Notes: generated by a model not told the origin, from the letters alone. A stretch of DNA of 64,000 nt from Vicinamibacteria bacterium (GCA_965199715.1 OZ241322.1:1600001-1664000); one strand, 5' to 3'; shown: positions 10,438 to 21,914, counted from the first letter of the stretch. A program made the numbers and translations.

Positions 10438-11076
10438 TTAGCGGGCGTCCGGCTCTTCGGACAAATGCATCCGCAGTATAGCGCGCTCGGTCTGGAGCTC
10501 CTCCACCCAGTCGCCGATCCGCTGGTTCAAGTCCCTTTCCTCGAGCGTGCGGCGGATGAGCCGGGCCACTTCGGGGGGCGGCGTCTCGTTCGCGTCGTCC
10601 AGGTCCGGCCGGAGGACGGTCCGGTAGTACTCCTCGATCGCGCGCTGCGGAACCTGCACGAGCGGGCGGAAGCGCCGCTCCAGATAGCGGTCCACGACCA
10701 GCTCCCGCTCGATCCGCTTGCGCAGGTAGTCCTCGCGGATTCCGAGGCGGAGCAACGTGTCCCGGTACTCGGCCTCGCCGGGGAAGCGGTCGCGGAGGCT
10801 CGCCAGAGTCACCTCGACCTCGTCGGGGGGAATCGGCCCCATCGGATACCGGCGGGCTTCGGCCTCCATCAACCGCGCCTCGATCAGGGTCTCGACCGCC
10901 TCGCCGAGCGTGGGCGGGGGCGAGAGATGCGGCTGGAGCGCCATCGTCTCCCTCGCTTCGGACAGCGTGATCGGCTGGCCGTCCACGACCGCGACCACCC
11001 GGTCGCGCACCTCCTGGGCGAAGCCGCCCGAAGGCGGCAGGGCGAGCGCGAGCGCGAGAACCGCCTCAGAACGCAT
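10438..11076 (-). CDS. SurA N-terminal-domain periplasmic chaperone-like protein
   Basis: Signal peptide then DRVVAVVDGQPITLSE; helical SurA-like core; downstream of the Omp85 gene. Confidence 0.75.
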   Translation of the reverse strand: MRSEAVLALALALPPSGGFAQEVRDRVVAVVDGQPITLSEARETMALQPHLSPPPTLGEAVETLIEARLMEAEARRYPMGPIPPDEVEVTLASLRDRFPGEAEYRDTLLRLGIREDYLRKRIERELVVDRYLERRFRPLVQVPQRAIEEYYRTVLRPDLDDANETPPPEVARLIRRTLEERDLNQRIGDWVEELQTERAILRMHLSEEPDAR

Positions 11077-13786
11077 GGCCGATCGTGAAGTGCCACTGGC
11101 CCCGGGAATCGTCGCCGACGTCCCCGAGGCGGAATCCGTAGTCGAAGCGGACCGGGCCGAGCGGCGTGTCCCAGCGCACGCCCACGCCGGCGCTGTGCCC
11201 GACATCTTCGAACCCGAGGCGGCGGACGCGCGTGTACACGCCGCCGTGATCGCTGAAGATCGCCCCCGAGAAGCTCCCGAACAGGCCGATCCGCGCCTCG
11301 AGGTTCGCCACGACCAGCATGTTGCCGCCGAGCGGATAGCCGCCCTCGTTGAGCGGGCCGGCGCGGTCCAGCGGGAAGCCGCGCAGCGTCGTGGCGCCGC
11401 CGGCGAAGAACCGCTCGGTGATGGGCACGAGCTCGGGCCCCTCGTCGTCGAGCGTCGCGGCGAACCCGACCCGGCCGCCGGCGGCCAGCACCACGCGCGA
11501 CGACAGCGGGAAGTAGAGGAATTGCTGCCCCAGCGCCTTGACGAACGGTGCCCGGGAGCCGAGCTGCGCCGAGGACCACGCCACGTCCACGATCCCGAAC
11601 CGGCCCCGGCGCGGGGAGACCGGGTCGTCCCGGGTATCGACCACCATCGAGGCCGACACCGTGGACAGCCAGAGGTTCTCGGCGAAATCGCGGTCGATCT
11701 CGTCGGGGTCGATCTTCAGGTCCCACAACTCGCTGCGCGTGAAGTCGTGGCGCAGGATGAGGTTGCGCCCGAACACCCGGCGAGTGAGCTGGACGCCCGC
11801 GCCGTAGCGCAGGAAGTCGAAGCTCTCCCGGTCCTGGGACTCGCGGTAGGCGCTCGCGAAGATCGGGACTTCACGGTCGAAGCCCTCCGCGCCCCGGTAC
11901 GTGGCGATGAAGCGGGTGCCCCTCAGCGAGACCCGCGCGAACATGCTGAGCGTGTGGTATCGCCCGAAGAGGTTGCTCCGGGTCCACTCCCCCTCGGCGC
12001 GGGCCCGTTCCCGCTGGCTGAAACCGGCGCCGTAGCCGATGCGGTTCCGGGGCGCCTCGGCGACCCGCACCAGCACGTTCCGCTGGCTCACCGGCTCTTC
12101 GGGCTCCAGCAGCTCCACGTCCACTTCGGAAAACGCCCCGGTGGCCAGAATCCGGCGGCGCGTCTCCAGCAGCGCCTCGCCGGAGAGCGGATCGCCCTCT
12201 CCGAGCGCGATGCGGTCGCGGATGCGGTCGCTCCGCGTGACTTCCGCCCCGGCCACGATGATCTGGCCCACCGAGAGGAACTCGCCCTCCACCACCACGA
12301 AGCGCACGTCCGCTTGGTGGGACTCGGCATGGACCGGCGCCTCGACGGCGACGCTCGCCTCGAGGAACCCGCGCTCCCGGTACCACGCCTGGAGCGTCTC
12401 CCGCGCCGCGACGACGCTCTCGGCGACGAACGGGTCGCCGGGGCGCAGCGGCGCGACCGCCTCGAGCTCCCCGGTCTCGTGGCGCGCGTTGCCCTCGAAT
12501 CCGATCGAGCCGATGCGGGCGAGCGGGCCCGGCCGCACTTCCGCCGTCAGCCGCAGCGTGCCCGGGACGCCCGCAGGCTCCGTCCGCCCGGCGACCTCGG
12601 CCCGGAAATGCCCCGCCCGCCGCAAGGTCAGCCGCAGCGAGTCGAGCGCCGCGTCCCACGCGATCTCCCGGAACGGTTCGCCGTCGCCCAGCGGCTCGAC
12701 CGCGGCGAACAGTTCGGCCCGAAGCGCCGGCGGGGCCCCGGAGAGCTCGACCCCCGCGACCGAGAAGCGCTCTCCCGCAGCGGCCAGAAAGCGCACGCGC
12801 AGGCTCCCCCCGTCCCTGGACGGTTCCTCGACGACCTCCACGACGGCGTCCCGGAATCCCGCGTTCCGAAGCCCGGCGGCGAGGTCCTGGCGCGCCGCCT
12901 CCAGCGCGTCGGCGTCGAGACGGTTGGCCTCGAGCCGCCGCCGGACGTCGCCGGCGCCGCCGTGGTCGTCGGGAAATCCCTCGAACAGCAGCTCCACGAC
13001 CGGCCCGGCCTCGACCCGGAGCACGACGTCGAGCCGGGGGCCCTCGTCCCGGACCAGCTCGTAGTCGGCGACCGCGAAGAGGAACCCGCGCTCCCGCAGC
13101 GCGCGCTCCGCGTCGGCGATTCCGGCCTCGAACTCCGACTCGGAAATCGGCCGCCCCGGAAGGGCGCCGAGTTCCCGCTGGAGGCGGGTCGCGAGCGTCC
13201 CGTCGACCCCTTCGGCCCGAAACGACCGCACCGCGTCGCGCGGCCCCGGCCTCGCGAGAACATGGGCCCGAGCCCCGCCCGGGGCCGGTTCGGCGCGCAC
13301 CTCGACGATCGCCTCGAACCAGCCCTCCTCCCGCAGGTACTCCTCGGCCGCCTGCCGGCGCAGCGGCAGGTCGGTCGGAACGTCCCCGGGTTCGAGGTCG
13401 ATGATCCCGGCGAGCGCGTCAAGATGCCCCGCCGGCGCGCCGCGCACCGAGAGCGACTGGATCCGCAGCCGCGGCGCGAGCTCGAAGCGCAGCCGCGCGT
13501 CGCCCTCCGGCGTCCGGCTGACGAGGGCGCGGACGTCCTCGAACCGGCCCAGCGCGAAGAGCTGCTTGATGGACTGTCGCACCCGGATCGCGCGGTAGCC
13601 GTCCCCGGCGGACACGGCGAGCAGGCGCCGCGCCGCTTCGGGGATCGGCTCCTGGCTGCCGTCCGCCCAGGCCACCTCGACCTCCGCGATGGGGACGCCC
13701 TCGAGCGCGGGCGGCTGCGCGGGCGCGGCCCCCGAAGCGAGCAGCGGGAAGAGCCCGGCGGCTGCCCACCGGCGCGCGCCGGCCAG
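11066..13786 (-). CDS. tamA: Omp85 family outer-membrane protein (TamA/BamA-like, POTRA repeats)
   Basis: POTRA repeats, ERFFAGGATTLRGF, TPLGPVRFDYG, C-terminal F. First canonical start is 13675; a signal-peptide-like extension back to CTG 13786 is inferred. Confidence 0.85.
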   Translation of the reverse strand: MAGARRWAAAGLFPLLASGAAPAQPPALEGVPIAEVEVAWADGSQEPIPEAARRLLAVSAGDGYRAIRVRQSIKQLFALGRFEDVRALVSRTPEGDARLRFELAPRLRIQSLSVRGAPAGHLDALAGIIDLEPGDVPTDLPLRRQAAEEYLREEGWFEAIVEVRAEPAPGGARAHVLARPGPRDAVRSFRAEGVDGTLATRLQRELGALPGRPISESEFEAGIADAERALRERGFLFAVADYELVRDEGPRLDVVLRVEAGPVVELLFEGFPDDHGGAGDVRRRLEANRLDADALEAARQDLAAGLRNAGFRDAVVEVVEEPSRDGGSLRVRFLAAAGERFSVAGVELSGAPPALRAELFAAVEPLGDGEPFREIAWDAALDSLRLTLRRAGHFRAEVAGRTEPAGVPGTLRLTAEVRPGPLARIGSIGFEGNARHETGELEAVAPLRPGDPFVAESVVAARETLQAWYRERGFLEASVAVEAPVHAESHQADVRFVVVEGEFLSVGQIIVAGAEVTRSDRIRDRIALGEGDPLSGEALLETRRRILATGAFSEVDVELLEPEEPVSQRNVLVRVAEAPRNRIGYGAGFSQRERARAEGEWTRSNLFGRYHTLSMFARVSLRGTRFIATYRGAEGFDREVPIFASAYRESQDRESFDFLRYGAGVQLTRRVFGRNLILRHDFTRSELWDLKIDPDEIDRDFAENLWLSTVSASMVVDTRDDPVSPRRGRFGIVDVAWSSAQLGSRAPFVKALGQQFLYFPLSSRVVLAAGGRVGFAATLDDEGPELVPITERFFAGGATTLRGFPLDRAGPLNEGGYPLGGNMLVVANLEARIGLFGSFSGAIFSDHGGVYTRVRRLGFEDVGHSAGVGVRWDTPLGPVRFDYGFRLGDVGDDSRGQWHFTIGHAF

Positions 13787-13787
13787 T

Positions 13788-16700
13788 TCAGAAACTCCGG
13801 TGGAAACGCACGTCCACTCCGAGCGAGCCGTCCTGGTCGCGGGACAGGATCCACGACACCGGGCCCTCGGGCGTGTATTCCACGATGATGATGGCCTCGT
13901 CGGTCTCGGAGAAACTGGAGGAATAGCGCACGCTCAGATCGCGGGAGACCTGCTTTCCGAGGGTGACCCGCGCGGTCGGGTCGCCGAAGCGCCCGATCAG
14001 GAAGGGATCCACGCTGACCCGGTCGATCCCGAAGACGCGGCCGGCGCGGCGCCCGAGCGACCCGCTGAGGGTCTGGGTGAGGAGCGACGCCGCCGACGCC
14101 GCCGCGACCTCGTCGTCGGCGCGGGCGGTCAGGAGGTCCTCCTCCGGAGCGCCGGCGAGGAGCCGGAGGATGTCGGCCTCGCGCAGCGGCGGATCGGAGC
14201 TCAGGTTGGCCTCGATCTGCTCGGTCGTTCCCGACGCCCGCAGGCGCACCCGGTAGCTGCGCACGATCGACTCGGCCTCGAGGTCGAAGACCGGCTCGAT
14301 CCCGGACGGGTCCACGAAGTCGGCCCGCCCGCCGACCACCCCGAACCGGTTCGCGCCGAAGAACACCTCCCCGCCGACGAGGTCCGCCCGGCCGAGCACC
14401 GCCGGCGCGAGCGCCGTCCCGCGCAGGTCGAGCCCCGCCGCCGCCTCCAGCCGGAAGATGGAGTTGCGCACCTCGAAGGGGGCGTCGGTCTCGACCCGCA
14501 CGTCCAGCCGCAGCGCTCCCAGGGCGCCCTCGCCTTCGGGAGCGTCCTGGCGGGAGACCGAGTTCACGTCGGCGAAGATGTTGGAGAACAGCTCGTACTC
14601 GCGGCTCCAGACGGCCTCGTCGAGGCGCACCTCGCCGGACAGCAGCCGCCCGTCGGGATCGCCCACGACGCTCAGGTCGGCGTCCACGGTGGCCGCCAGA
14701 TCGCGGGGGTAGCGGATGCGGGCGCCCGAGAGCTGCACGCGCAGATCGGTGGCCCCGACCTCGAACCCGTCGAGCGAGACCGTGCCCGACACGATCGTCG
14801 GCCCGGACGCGATCTCGCCGGCGAGCTCCGCCACCCGCACCGCGTTGGGGTCGAAGACGACGCCGCCCTCGATGTTGCGGAACGTGTGGGGGAATCCCTC
14901 GACGCCCACGCTGCCGGCGCGGATGAACCCGCGGCCGAGGACTTCGGGAGCGTCCCACGGCCCCCGCACCTCGGCCTCCACGCCGAAGTCCCCCTCGAAC
15001 GAGAGGCCCGACGTGAAGTTCTCGAGCACGGCCAGCGAGACGTTCCCGTCCAGCGCGAAGTCGAGCAGCGTGTCGGCGAGGCCGACGGTCCCCGAAAGCC
15101 GCAGCCGATCGTCGCCCTGCGCCGCCTCGAAGCCCTCGACCGTCACCCGGGCGTCGGCGATCGAGATGCGCGTCGGACCGGTGGAATCGACCGCGAGCCC
15201 GGGCGCGACGACGCGGAACCGGGTCAGCTCGCCCGCGCCGGTCATCCACTCGTCATGGGGGTTCTCGAGGTGGAAGGCCCCGCCGCCCGCGACCACGGCC
15301 TCGATCCCGCGCTCCCCGGCGTCGGGAAACAGGAGCGACGCGATATCGACCCCCGCGATCTCGACCTCGCCCTGCCCGTCGAGGCCGAGCGGCACCGTCC
15401 CCCAGACGTCGAACCGGGCTGCGCCGGAGTCCAGCGCGCCGTCCCCCACGTAGGTCTCGCCCTCGACCCGTCCGTGGATGTCCCCCGGGCCGAGCGAGAG
15501 GCCGAGCACCGCCGCGTCGGGGATCCGCGCCCGCAGATCCAGCACCGGGACGAGGAGGTCGCCGCCGATGTCGAGCTCGAAGTCCGACCGGATGGAGATC
15601 CACTCGGGCGCCAGCCCCGGAGTCAGCGGATAGTCGGAGCCGACGAGCGCGCCCTCCATCTCCCACTCGACTAGGCCGATCCGCAAGTCGCCGGACGCGA
15701 CGCCGCCCCGGAACGTGCCCCCCATCGGGGAAAGGTGCGCCGAATCCCCGTCGAGGCTCCATTCCACCCGAACATCGTCGAAGGGCTGCTCCATCAGCGC
15801 GCCGTCCATCCCGGTCACCCAGCCGCCGCCGAAGTAGCGCTCGTCCTGCCGCACGGTCTGGCTCTCGCCGCTGACGACGCCCTCGGCGACGAGATCCCAC
15901 TCGAGGAACGTGATGATCTCGGCGGCGTCCCACGCCTCCCACGAGGCGTCGAAATCCATGTCCGGATAGAGCTCCGGGCCGCGGGCGAAGTCTCCCGATG
16001 CGGTGATCCGGCCCTCCCCGGCGCGGGCGTTCAGGGTCTCGAGCCGCATGGAATCCCGGCCCACCGATCCGGTGGCGACGAGCGTGTCGGTCTGGATGCC
16101 CGAGAACCGCATCCCCCGGCCCTCCACCTCGCCGGCGAGCACGATGTCCGGCCACTGGCCGGTCACCCTTCCTTCGACCGCGCCGCCGCCGGCCACGTCC
16201 CAGAGCGTGGTCTCCGGCGCCTCGCCCCAGATCACCCGGCGGAACTCCTGCTGGACCCGGTCGGCCTCGGCCGAGTCGCCGGCGAACCCGGTGACCGAAA
16301 CGTCGGCGCCGCCCGCCCGTCGGTACGCGCCGAGGCCCTGCGCCTGGAACGCGGCCCCCTCCACCGACAGCGCGTGGATCGAGGTGGCCGCGTCGTCCAT
16401 GGTCAGCTCGACCCCGAGCGCGATCGGGAGCAGGTCGCTCTCGACGCCGACCTCGTCCGGAGGCGCCGGACGCGCGCCGCGCGCCCGGATCGTCCCGGTC
16501 ATGGCGAGCGGGTCCGAAAACGGCATCCGCAGGTCCGCCGCCACGTCGAGCGCGGACTCGAGCGTCGTCGGGAGACCGAAGACCCCGCCGAGCGCCGAGG
16601 CGAGCGAGCCGCTTTCGAGATTCAGCGCGATCGCAGCCGGGTTCTCCTCCCGGGGCTGGACCTGGAGCAGCCGCAGCCCGGCGCGCCCGCCCGCGAGGAC

Positions 16701-17705
16701 GCCGGCGGAGGAGAGGATCTCGATGCGTTCCGGATCCCAGTGCAGGACGCCGCTCCAGTCCGCGAGCGGGATGCCGTAGAAGCGCCCGCCGGGAAGGGTG
16801 AAGTCCCCGTCCACGACGAACCCCACGTCCTCGAAACGGCCCGTGCCGTCCAGCCGGAACCACGACTCGCCCTCGGTCTCGAGGCCCTCGAACTCGAACA
16901 GGAAGCGCCCGAGGCCGCCGGCGTCGCCGCCCCCGACGAGGCGGAGCGGGCCGGAGAGGTCGTCCGCCAGGTCCAGCGCGCCGTCGAGGGTCGCCTCCAG
17001 CAGGTCGGCCTCGAGGTGGAGGCGGTCCACGTGGAGCAGGTTCTCCCGGAGCCTGAGCTCCGCCTGGACCTGCATGGCGAGATCGGGCCGCTCCCAGAGG
17101 CGGATGGCGCCGACGCCGAACCGCGCGGTCGCGTCCACCCCGCCCCCGTCCACGGGGCGTACGTCCAGCGCGAGGCCGTCCACCCGCAATTCCCACGGCG
17201 TCGGGCGGTTGCGGTATCCGATCGTGGTGCCGGAGATCTCGACCTGATCCGAGGTGAACGCGAGACGGTCGGCGAGCCCGCCGAGCAACGGATCCGCCGG
17301 CGCGTCCCGCTCGGGCGGCGGGACGCCCCCGTCGTCCAGTCCGCGCATGCCCAGTCCCTCGATCCGCAACTGGTTCAGCTCGAAGCGCGCCGGGAGCAGG
17401 GACCCCCAGCCGAACGCGCCCTCGATGCGCTCCACGGCATAGACCGGAGGGGCCGGGCCGAACGGCGAGGGATCGCGCCCCGCCTGAAGCCCCTCCACGA
17501 CGAAGCGACCGCTGAAGGGATCGAACTCGACGTCCCACGCGGCGAGCGGCATGTCGAGCGTCGTCGAGAGCCGCTCGAGCGCGAGCCGGGCGAGCCGCTC
17601 GGGCGCGAGCAGCGGAAGCGCCCGGAACGCGACGAAGGCCCCGGTGAGAACGACGGCCAACGCGACCGCGACGAAGACGAGGGTCCGGCGGCGGGAAACA
17701 GTCAA
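13788..17705 (-). CDS. tamB: Translocation/assembly module TamB (AsmA-like, DUF490 C-terminus)
   Basis: N-terminal TM anchor, long beta-rich body, C-terminal LSSDPPL...ARVTLGKQVSRDLSVRYS; adjacent to the Omp85 gene. Confidence 0.85.
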   Translation of the reverse strand: MTVSRRRTLVFVAVALAVVLTGAFVAFRALPLLAPERLARLALERLSTTLDMPLAAWDVEFDPFSGRFVVEGLQAGRDPSPFGPAPPVYAVERIEGAFGWGSLLPARFELNQLRIEGLGMRGLDDGGVPPPERDAPADPLLGGLADRLAFTSDQVEISGTTIGYRNRPTPWELRVDGLALDVRPVDGGGVDATARFGVGAIRLWERPDLAMQVQAELRLRENLLHVDRLHLEADLLEATLDGALDLADDLSGPLRLVGGGDAGGLGRFLFEFEGLETEGESWFRLDGTGRFEDVGFVVDGDFTLPGGRFYGIPLADWSGVLHWDPERIEILSSAGVLAGGRAGLRLLQVQPREENPAAIALNLESGSLASALGGVFGLPTTLESALDVAADLRMPFSDPLAMTGTIRARGARPAPPDEVGVESDLLPIALGVELTMDDAATSIHALSVEGAAFQAQGLGAYRRAGGADVSVTGFAGDSAEADRVQQEFRRVIWGEAPETTLWDVAGGGAVEGRVTGQWPDIVLAGEVEGRGMRFSGIQTDTLVATGSVGRDSMRLETLNARAGEGRITASGDFARGPELYPDMDFDASWEAWDAAEIITFLEWDLVAEGVVSGESQTVRQDERYFGGGWVTGMDGALMEQPFDDVRVEWSLDGDSAHLSPMGGTFRGGVASGDLRIGLVEWEMEGALVGSDYPLTPGLAPEWISIRSDFELDIGGDLLVPVLDLRARIPDAAVLGLSLGPGDIHGRVEGETYVGDGALDSGAARFDVWGTVPLGLDGQGEVEIAGVDIASLLFPDAGERGIEAVVAGGGAFHLENPHDEWMTGAGELTRFRVVAPGLAVDSTGPTRISIADARVTVEGFEAAQGDDRLRLSGTVGLADTLLDFALDGNVSLAVLENFTSGLSFEGDFGVEAEVRGPWDAPEVLGRGFIRAGSVGVEGFPHTFRNIEGGVVFDPNAVRVAELAGEIASGPTIVSGTVSLDGFEVGATDLRVQLSGARIRYPRDLAATVDADLSVVGDPDGRLLSGEVRLDEAVWSREYELFSNIFADVNSVSRQDAPEGEGALGALRLDVRVETDAPFEVRNSIFRLEAAAGLDLRGTALAPAVLGRADLVGGEVFFGANRFGVVGGRADFVDPSGIEPVFDLEAESIVRSYRVRLRASGTTEQIEANLSSDPPLREADILRLLAGAPEEDLLTARADDEVAAASAASLLTQTLSGSLGRRAGRVFGIDRVSVDPFLIGRFGDPTARVTLGKQVSRDLSVRYSSSFSETDEAIIIVEYTPEGPVSWILSRDQDGSLGVDVRFHRSF

Positions 17706-18187
17706 GAGGCCGGCTCCACCACGAAAAGAAGCTCACCGCCCTGAAGCGGCGATCCCTCGGCGACGCTCAACCCGGCCACGACGCCCCCAGCGGGGGCGCG
17801 CACCTCGTTTTGCATCTTCATCGCCTCGTACACCAGAACGCCTTGTCCCTCCTCGACCCGGTCCCCGTTCCCAAGCAGGATGCGCACCACCTTGCCCGGC
17901 ATCGGCGGCCGAACCTCGACGCGGCCCGAGGCACCCGAGCGACCGCCCCCGAATCCGGGGCGGCGGAGCCCGAACGAGAACCGCTCGCGCCCGATCTCGA
18001 CCGCGATCTCCCCGCCGCGCCGGGTGACGACGGCCTCGCGCGTCCGGCGTCCCCGGGTCACGAGCAGCGTCTGGCCGAGCCGGGCCGCCCGGATGGGCTC
18101 CCCGTCGACGCGCACCCGGGTCGCGTCGCCTTCGCGCTCCGCCTCGACCGGGTGGGCGGCGCCGTCGGCGTAGAGGATGCGGCGCAC
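17702..18187 (-). CDS. Biotin carboxyl carrier protein
   Basis: PMPGKVV and EAMKMQNE biotinylation motif; start approximate. Confidence 0.88.
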   Translation of the reverse strand: MRRILYADGAAHPVEAEREGDATRVRVDGEPIRAARLGQTLLVTRGRRTREAVVTRRGGEIAVEIGRERFSFGLRRPGFGGGRSGASGRVEVRPPMPGKVVRILLGNGDRVEEGQGVLVYEAMKMQNEVRAPAGGVVAGLSVAEGSPLQGGELLFVVEPAS

Positions 18188-18189
18188 GC

Positions 18190-19656
18190 TCAGTGCCTCC
18201 CGGCGACCCGCCAGCGGGAGTCTTGCGCCGGCGCCGGCGGCTCGCTCTCGAACAGCGCGGCCGCGGCCGCGGCCAGCGCCGCCGGGAGGAGGGCGTCGCG
18301 GTCTCCCGGAGCGTCGCGGAGGCGCGGCCACTCGGCGGCGACGAACGACGTGTCGAAGTCGCCGGACCGGAACGCTTCCGAGGCGAGGACCCGTTCGTGG
18401 AAGCCGAGCGTGGAGGCCACGCCGGTGAGGCGGGTCTCGCGGACCGCCCGCAGCGCCCGCCGGCGGGCGGACTCGCGGTCGGGACCGTGCGCGATGAGCT
18501 TCGCGACCAGCGGGTCGTAGTCGGGGGAGACCCGGCTTCCCGACACGACCCCCGAATCGCAGCGCACCCCCGGTCCGAGCGGCGGCCGGAACTCGCCGAT
18601 CCGCCCGGCCGCGGGAAGGAAGTCGGCGTCCTCGGCGGTGATGCGCAACTCGATCGCCGCGCCCCGGGTCTCCACGTCGGCCTGGGCGAACGGGAGCGGC
18701 TCGCCCGCCGCCACGAGGAGCTGGAGGGCCACGAGGTCGAGACCGGTGACGCATTCGGTGACCGGGTGCTCCACTTGCAGCCGCGTGTTCATCTCGAGGA
18801 AGTAGAAACGCCGGTCGCGGTCCAGCAGGAACTCCACGGTGCCGGCGTTGCGGTACGAGACGCTCGACGCGAGCCGGACCGCCGCCTCGCCGAGGCGCTC
18901 CCGAAGCGGGGGATCCACGGCCGGCGACGGGCTCTCCTCGATGAGCTTCTGGTTCCGGCGCTGGATCGAGCAGTCCCGCTCGCCGAGGTGGACGACCCGG
19001 CCCGAACCGTCGCCGAGCACCTGGACCTCCACGTGGCGCGGCCGCTCGACGAGGCGTTCGAGGAACACCCGCCCGTCGCCGAACGCGGCTTCCGCCTCGG
19101 ACCGGGCCTCGGCGACCCGGCGCGGCGCGTCGTCGGGATCCGGGCACGCCCGCATCCCCATGCCGCCGCCGCCCGCGCTCGCCTTGACGAGCAGCGGACC
19201 GCCGAGCGCCCGCGCCTCGGCGAGGCCGTCCGACTCGGGCGGCAGGATCCCGGAACCGGGGACCGTGGGCACGCCGATCTCCGCCGCGACCCGGCGGGCG
19301 GTGGCCTTGTCGCCCATGCGCCGCATCGCGTCGGCGGACGGTCCGACGAAGCGGAGGCCCCGTCCCTCGCACATCGCGGCGAACTCGGCGTTCTCGGCGA
19401 GGAAGCCGTAGCCCGGATGGACCGCGCCGGCTTCGAGCGCCTTGGCCGCGTCCAGCACCCGCTCGGCGTCCAGATAGCTGTGCCGGGCCGCGGCGCCGCC
19501 GATCTCGATCGACTCGTCGCACAGCGCCACGTGCAGCGAATCCCGGTCCGCCGCCGAGTGGACCGTGACCGGGGAGACCCCGAGGTCGCGGCAGGCGCGC
19601 GCGACCCGGACGGCGATCTCGCCCCGGTTCGCGATCAGGACCCGGCGGAACGTCAA
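18190..19656 (-). CDS. accC: Biotin carboxylase subunit of acetyl/propionyl-CoA carboxylase
   Basis: [50 protein letters not shown]; TTGA overlap with the upstream gene. Confidence 0.92.
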   Translation of the reverse strand: MTFRRVLIANRGEIAVRVARACRDLGVSPVTVHSAADRDSLHVALCDESIEIGGAAARHSYLDAERVLDAAKALEAGAVHPGYGFLAENAEFAAMCEGRGLRFVGPSADAMRRMGDKATARRVAAEIGVPTVPGSGILPPESDGLAEARALGGPLLVKASAGGGGMGMRACPDPDDAPRRVAEARSEAEAAFGDGRVFLERLVERPRHVEVQVLGDGSGRVVHLGERDCSIQRRNQKLIEESPSPAVDPPLRERLGEAAVRLASSVSYRNAGTVEFLLDRDRRFYFLEMNTRLQVEHPVTECVTGLDLVALQLLVAAGEPLPFAQADVETRGAAIELRITAEDADFLPAAGRIGEFRPPLGPGVRCDSGVVSGSRVSPDYDPLVAKLIAHGPDRESARRRALRAVRETRLTGVASTLGFHERVLASEAFRSGDFDTSFVAAEWPRLRDAPGDRDALLPAALAAAAAALFESEPPAPAQDSRWRVAGRH

Positions 19657-21218
19657 AGCGGGATGTTTCCGTGCTTCCTCGGGGGGTTCGCGTCCCGCTT
19701 GGTCGCGAGCGAGCGGAGCGCGGCCGTCAGCTTGCGCCGCGTGTCGCGGGGCGCGATCACCGCGTCCACGTAGCCGCGCTCGGCGGCCGCGTACGGGTTC
19801 GCGAAGCGGGAGCGGTACTCGGCGACCCGCCCGGCGCGTTCGGCTTCGGGATCCGGCGCGGCGGCGAGCTCCCGGCGGAACAGGACGTTCACGGCGCCCT
19901 CGGGCCCCATGACCGCGATCTCCGCCGTCGGCCAGGCGAGGTTCACGTCGGTCCGGATGTGCTTGCTCCCCATGACCACGTAGGCCCCGCCGTAGGCCTT
20001 GCGGGTGATGACGGTCAGCTTCGGGACGGTCGCCTCGGCGAAGGCGTAGAGCAGCTTGGCGCCGTGGCGGATGATCCCGTCCCACTCCTGGCGGGCGCCG
20101 GGAAGGAAGCCGGGCACGTCCTCGAAGACGACCAGCGGAATGTTGAAGGCGTCGCAGAAACGCACGAAGCGCGCGCCCTTGACCGAAGCGTGGATGTCGA
20201 GCACGCCGGCGAGCACCGCGGGCTGGTTCGCGACGACCCCGACGACCGCCCCGCCCAGCCGGGCGAACCCGACGACGAGGTTCCTCGCGAACAGGCCGTG
20301 CACCTCGAGGAAGACGCCCTCGTCCACGACCTCGCCGATCACGTCGCGCATGTCGTAGGGCTGGTCGGGAGCGTCGGGAATGACGCGGTCGAGCGCTTCG
20401 GCGGAGCGGTCCGCCGGGTCGGCGCCGGAGCCGGGGGGCGGGGTCTCGAGGTTGTTCGAGGGAAGGAAGGAGAGGAGCTCGCGGATGACCTCGAGGCAGT
20501 CGTCGTCGCACTCGCCGAGGAAGTGCGCGACGCCGGAGACGGAGTTGTGGGTCTCGGCGCCGCCGAGCTTCTCCTTCGTGACTTCCTCGTTGGTGACCGT
20601 CCGGATGACGTCGGGGCCGGTCACGAACATGTAGCTCGCCTTGCGGGACATGATCGTGAAGTCGGTGATCGCCGGGGAATAGACGGCGCCGCCGGCGCAC
20701 GGCCCGAGGATCGCCGAGATCTGGGGCACGACTCCCGAGGCCTTGACGTTGCGCAGGAAGATGTCGCCGTAGCCGCCGAGCGACGCGACCCCCTCCTGGA
20801 TGCGGGCGCCGCCGGAGTCGTTGAGCCCGATGATGGGCGCTCCCTGGCGCACGGCCAGGTCCATGATCCGGCAGATCTTTCCGGCGCAGGCCTCGCCGAG
20901 CGAGCCGCCCAGCACGGTGAAGTCCTGGGCGAACAGGTACGCGAGCCGTCCGTCCACCCGGGCGTGGCCGGCGACCACCCCGTCCCCCGGATGGCGGCGG
21001 TCCTCGAGGCCGAAAGCGCGGCCCTGGTGCTCGACGAGCCGCCCGATCTCCTCGAAGGTGCCGGGGTCGGCGAGGGCGTCGATGCGCTCGCGCGCGGTCA
21101 GCCGCCCGTCTTCGCGCTGGCGCTTGAGCCGCCGTTCCCCGCCGGGTTCGGCGGCGGCCTCGGCGCGGCGCTCGAACTCCCGGAGCGCGGCGGCGGTAGC
21201 CCCCTCGGCGGCCGGCAT
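19653..21218 (-). CDS. pccB: Acyl-CoA carboxylase carboxyltransferase beta subunit
   Basis: [47 protein letters not shown]-terminus. Confidence 0.92.
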   Translation of the reverse strand: MPAAEGATAAALREFERRAEAAAEPGGERRLKRQREDGRLTARERIDALADPGTFEEIGRLVEHQGRAFGLEDRRHPGDGVVAGHARVDGRLAYLFAQDFTVLGGSLGEACAGKICRIMDLAVRQGAPIIGLNDSGGARIQEGVASLGGYGDIFLRNVKASGVVPQISAILGPCAGGAVYSPAITDFTIMSRKASYMFVTGPDVIRTVTNEEVTKEKLGGAETHNSVSGVAHFLGECDDDCLEVIRELLSFLPSNNLETPPPGSGADPADRSAEALDRVIPDAPDQPYDMRDVIGEVVDEGVFLEVHGLFARNLVVGFARLGGAVVGVVANQPAVLAGVLDIHASVKGARFVRFCDAFNIPLVVFEDVPGFLPGARQEWDGIIRHGAKLLYAFAEATVPKLTVITRKAYGGAYVVMGSKHIRTDVNLAWPTAEIAVMGPEGAVNVLFRRELAAAPDPEAERAGRVAEYRSRFANPYAAAERGYVDAVIAPRDTRRKLTAALRSLATKRDANPPRKHGNIPL

Positions 21219-21222
21219 GGCC

Positions 21223-21870
21223 TCAGGCGTTCCGCGACGATTCCCAGTCCTTCAGAAACCGCTCCAGCCCGATGTCGGTCAGCGGATGGCGGATCAGCAG
21301 GTCCAGAACCTTCGCCGGCATGGTCGCGATGTCGGCGCCCATCCGGGCGGCCTCGACCACGTGGAGGGGGTTCCGAATGCTGGCGACCAGAATCCGGGTG
21401 TCGAACGCGTAGTTGTCGTACACCTCGCGGATGTCGGAGACGAGCTGCATGCCCGGCAGCGAGATGTCGTCCAGACGGCCGACGAAGGGACTGATGATCG
21501 ATGCGCCCGCCTTCGCGGCGAGGAGCGCTTGCGGCAGGCTGAAGCAGAGGGTGACGTTCACCCGGATGTCGTACTCGGCGAGTCGGCGGACCGCCTGCAG
21601 CCCGTCCGCCGTGAGCGGGCACTTCACGATGATGTTGGGGGCGATCGCCGCGAGTTCCCGCCCCTCGCGGACCATGCCGGCGGCGTCGGTGGCGAGGACT
21701 TCGGCGGAGACTTCGCCGGGAACGACCTCGGCGATGCGGGCAAGCACCTTCCGGGAGTCGCCGCCCTCCTTCGCCATGAGCGACGGGTTCGTGGTCACGC
21801 CGTCCACGAGCCCCATGCTGCGAGCGCGGGCGATGTCCGCGACGTTGGCGGTGTCGAGAAAGATCTGCAT
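21223..21870 (-). CDS. fsa: Fructose-6-phosphate aldolase / small transaldolase
   Basis: [46 protein letters not shown]. Confidence 0.93.
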   Translation of the reverse strand: MQIFLDTANVADIARARSMGLVDGVTTNPSLMAKEGGDSRKVLARIAEVVPGEVSAEVLATDAAGMVREGRELAAIAPNIIVKCPLTADGLQAVRRLAEYDIRVNVTLCFSLPQALLAAKAGASIISPFVGRLDDISLPGMQLVSDIREVYDNYAFDTRILVASIRNPLHVVEAARMGADIATMPAKVLDLLIRHPLTDIGLERFLKDWESSRNA

Positions 21871-21914
21871 CGGTTCGGCCCGTTCGTAATTCTATGCGTG
21901 GAGGCGGCTTCGAT

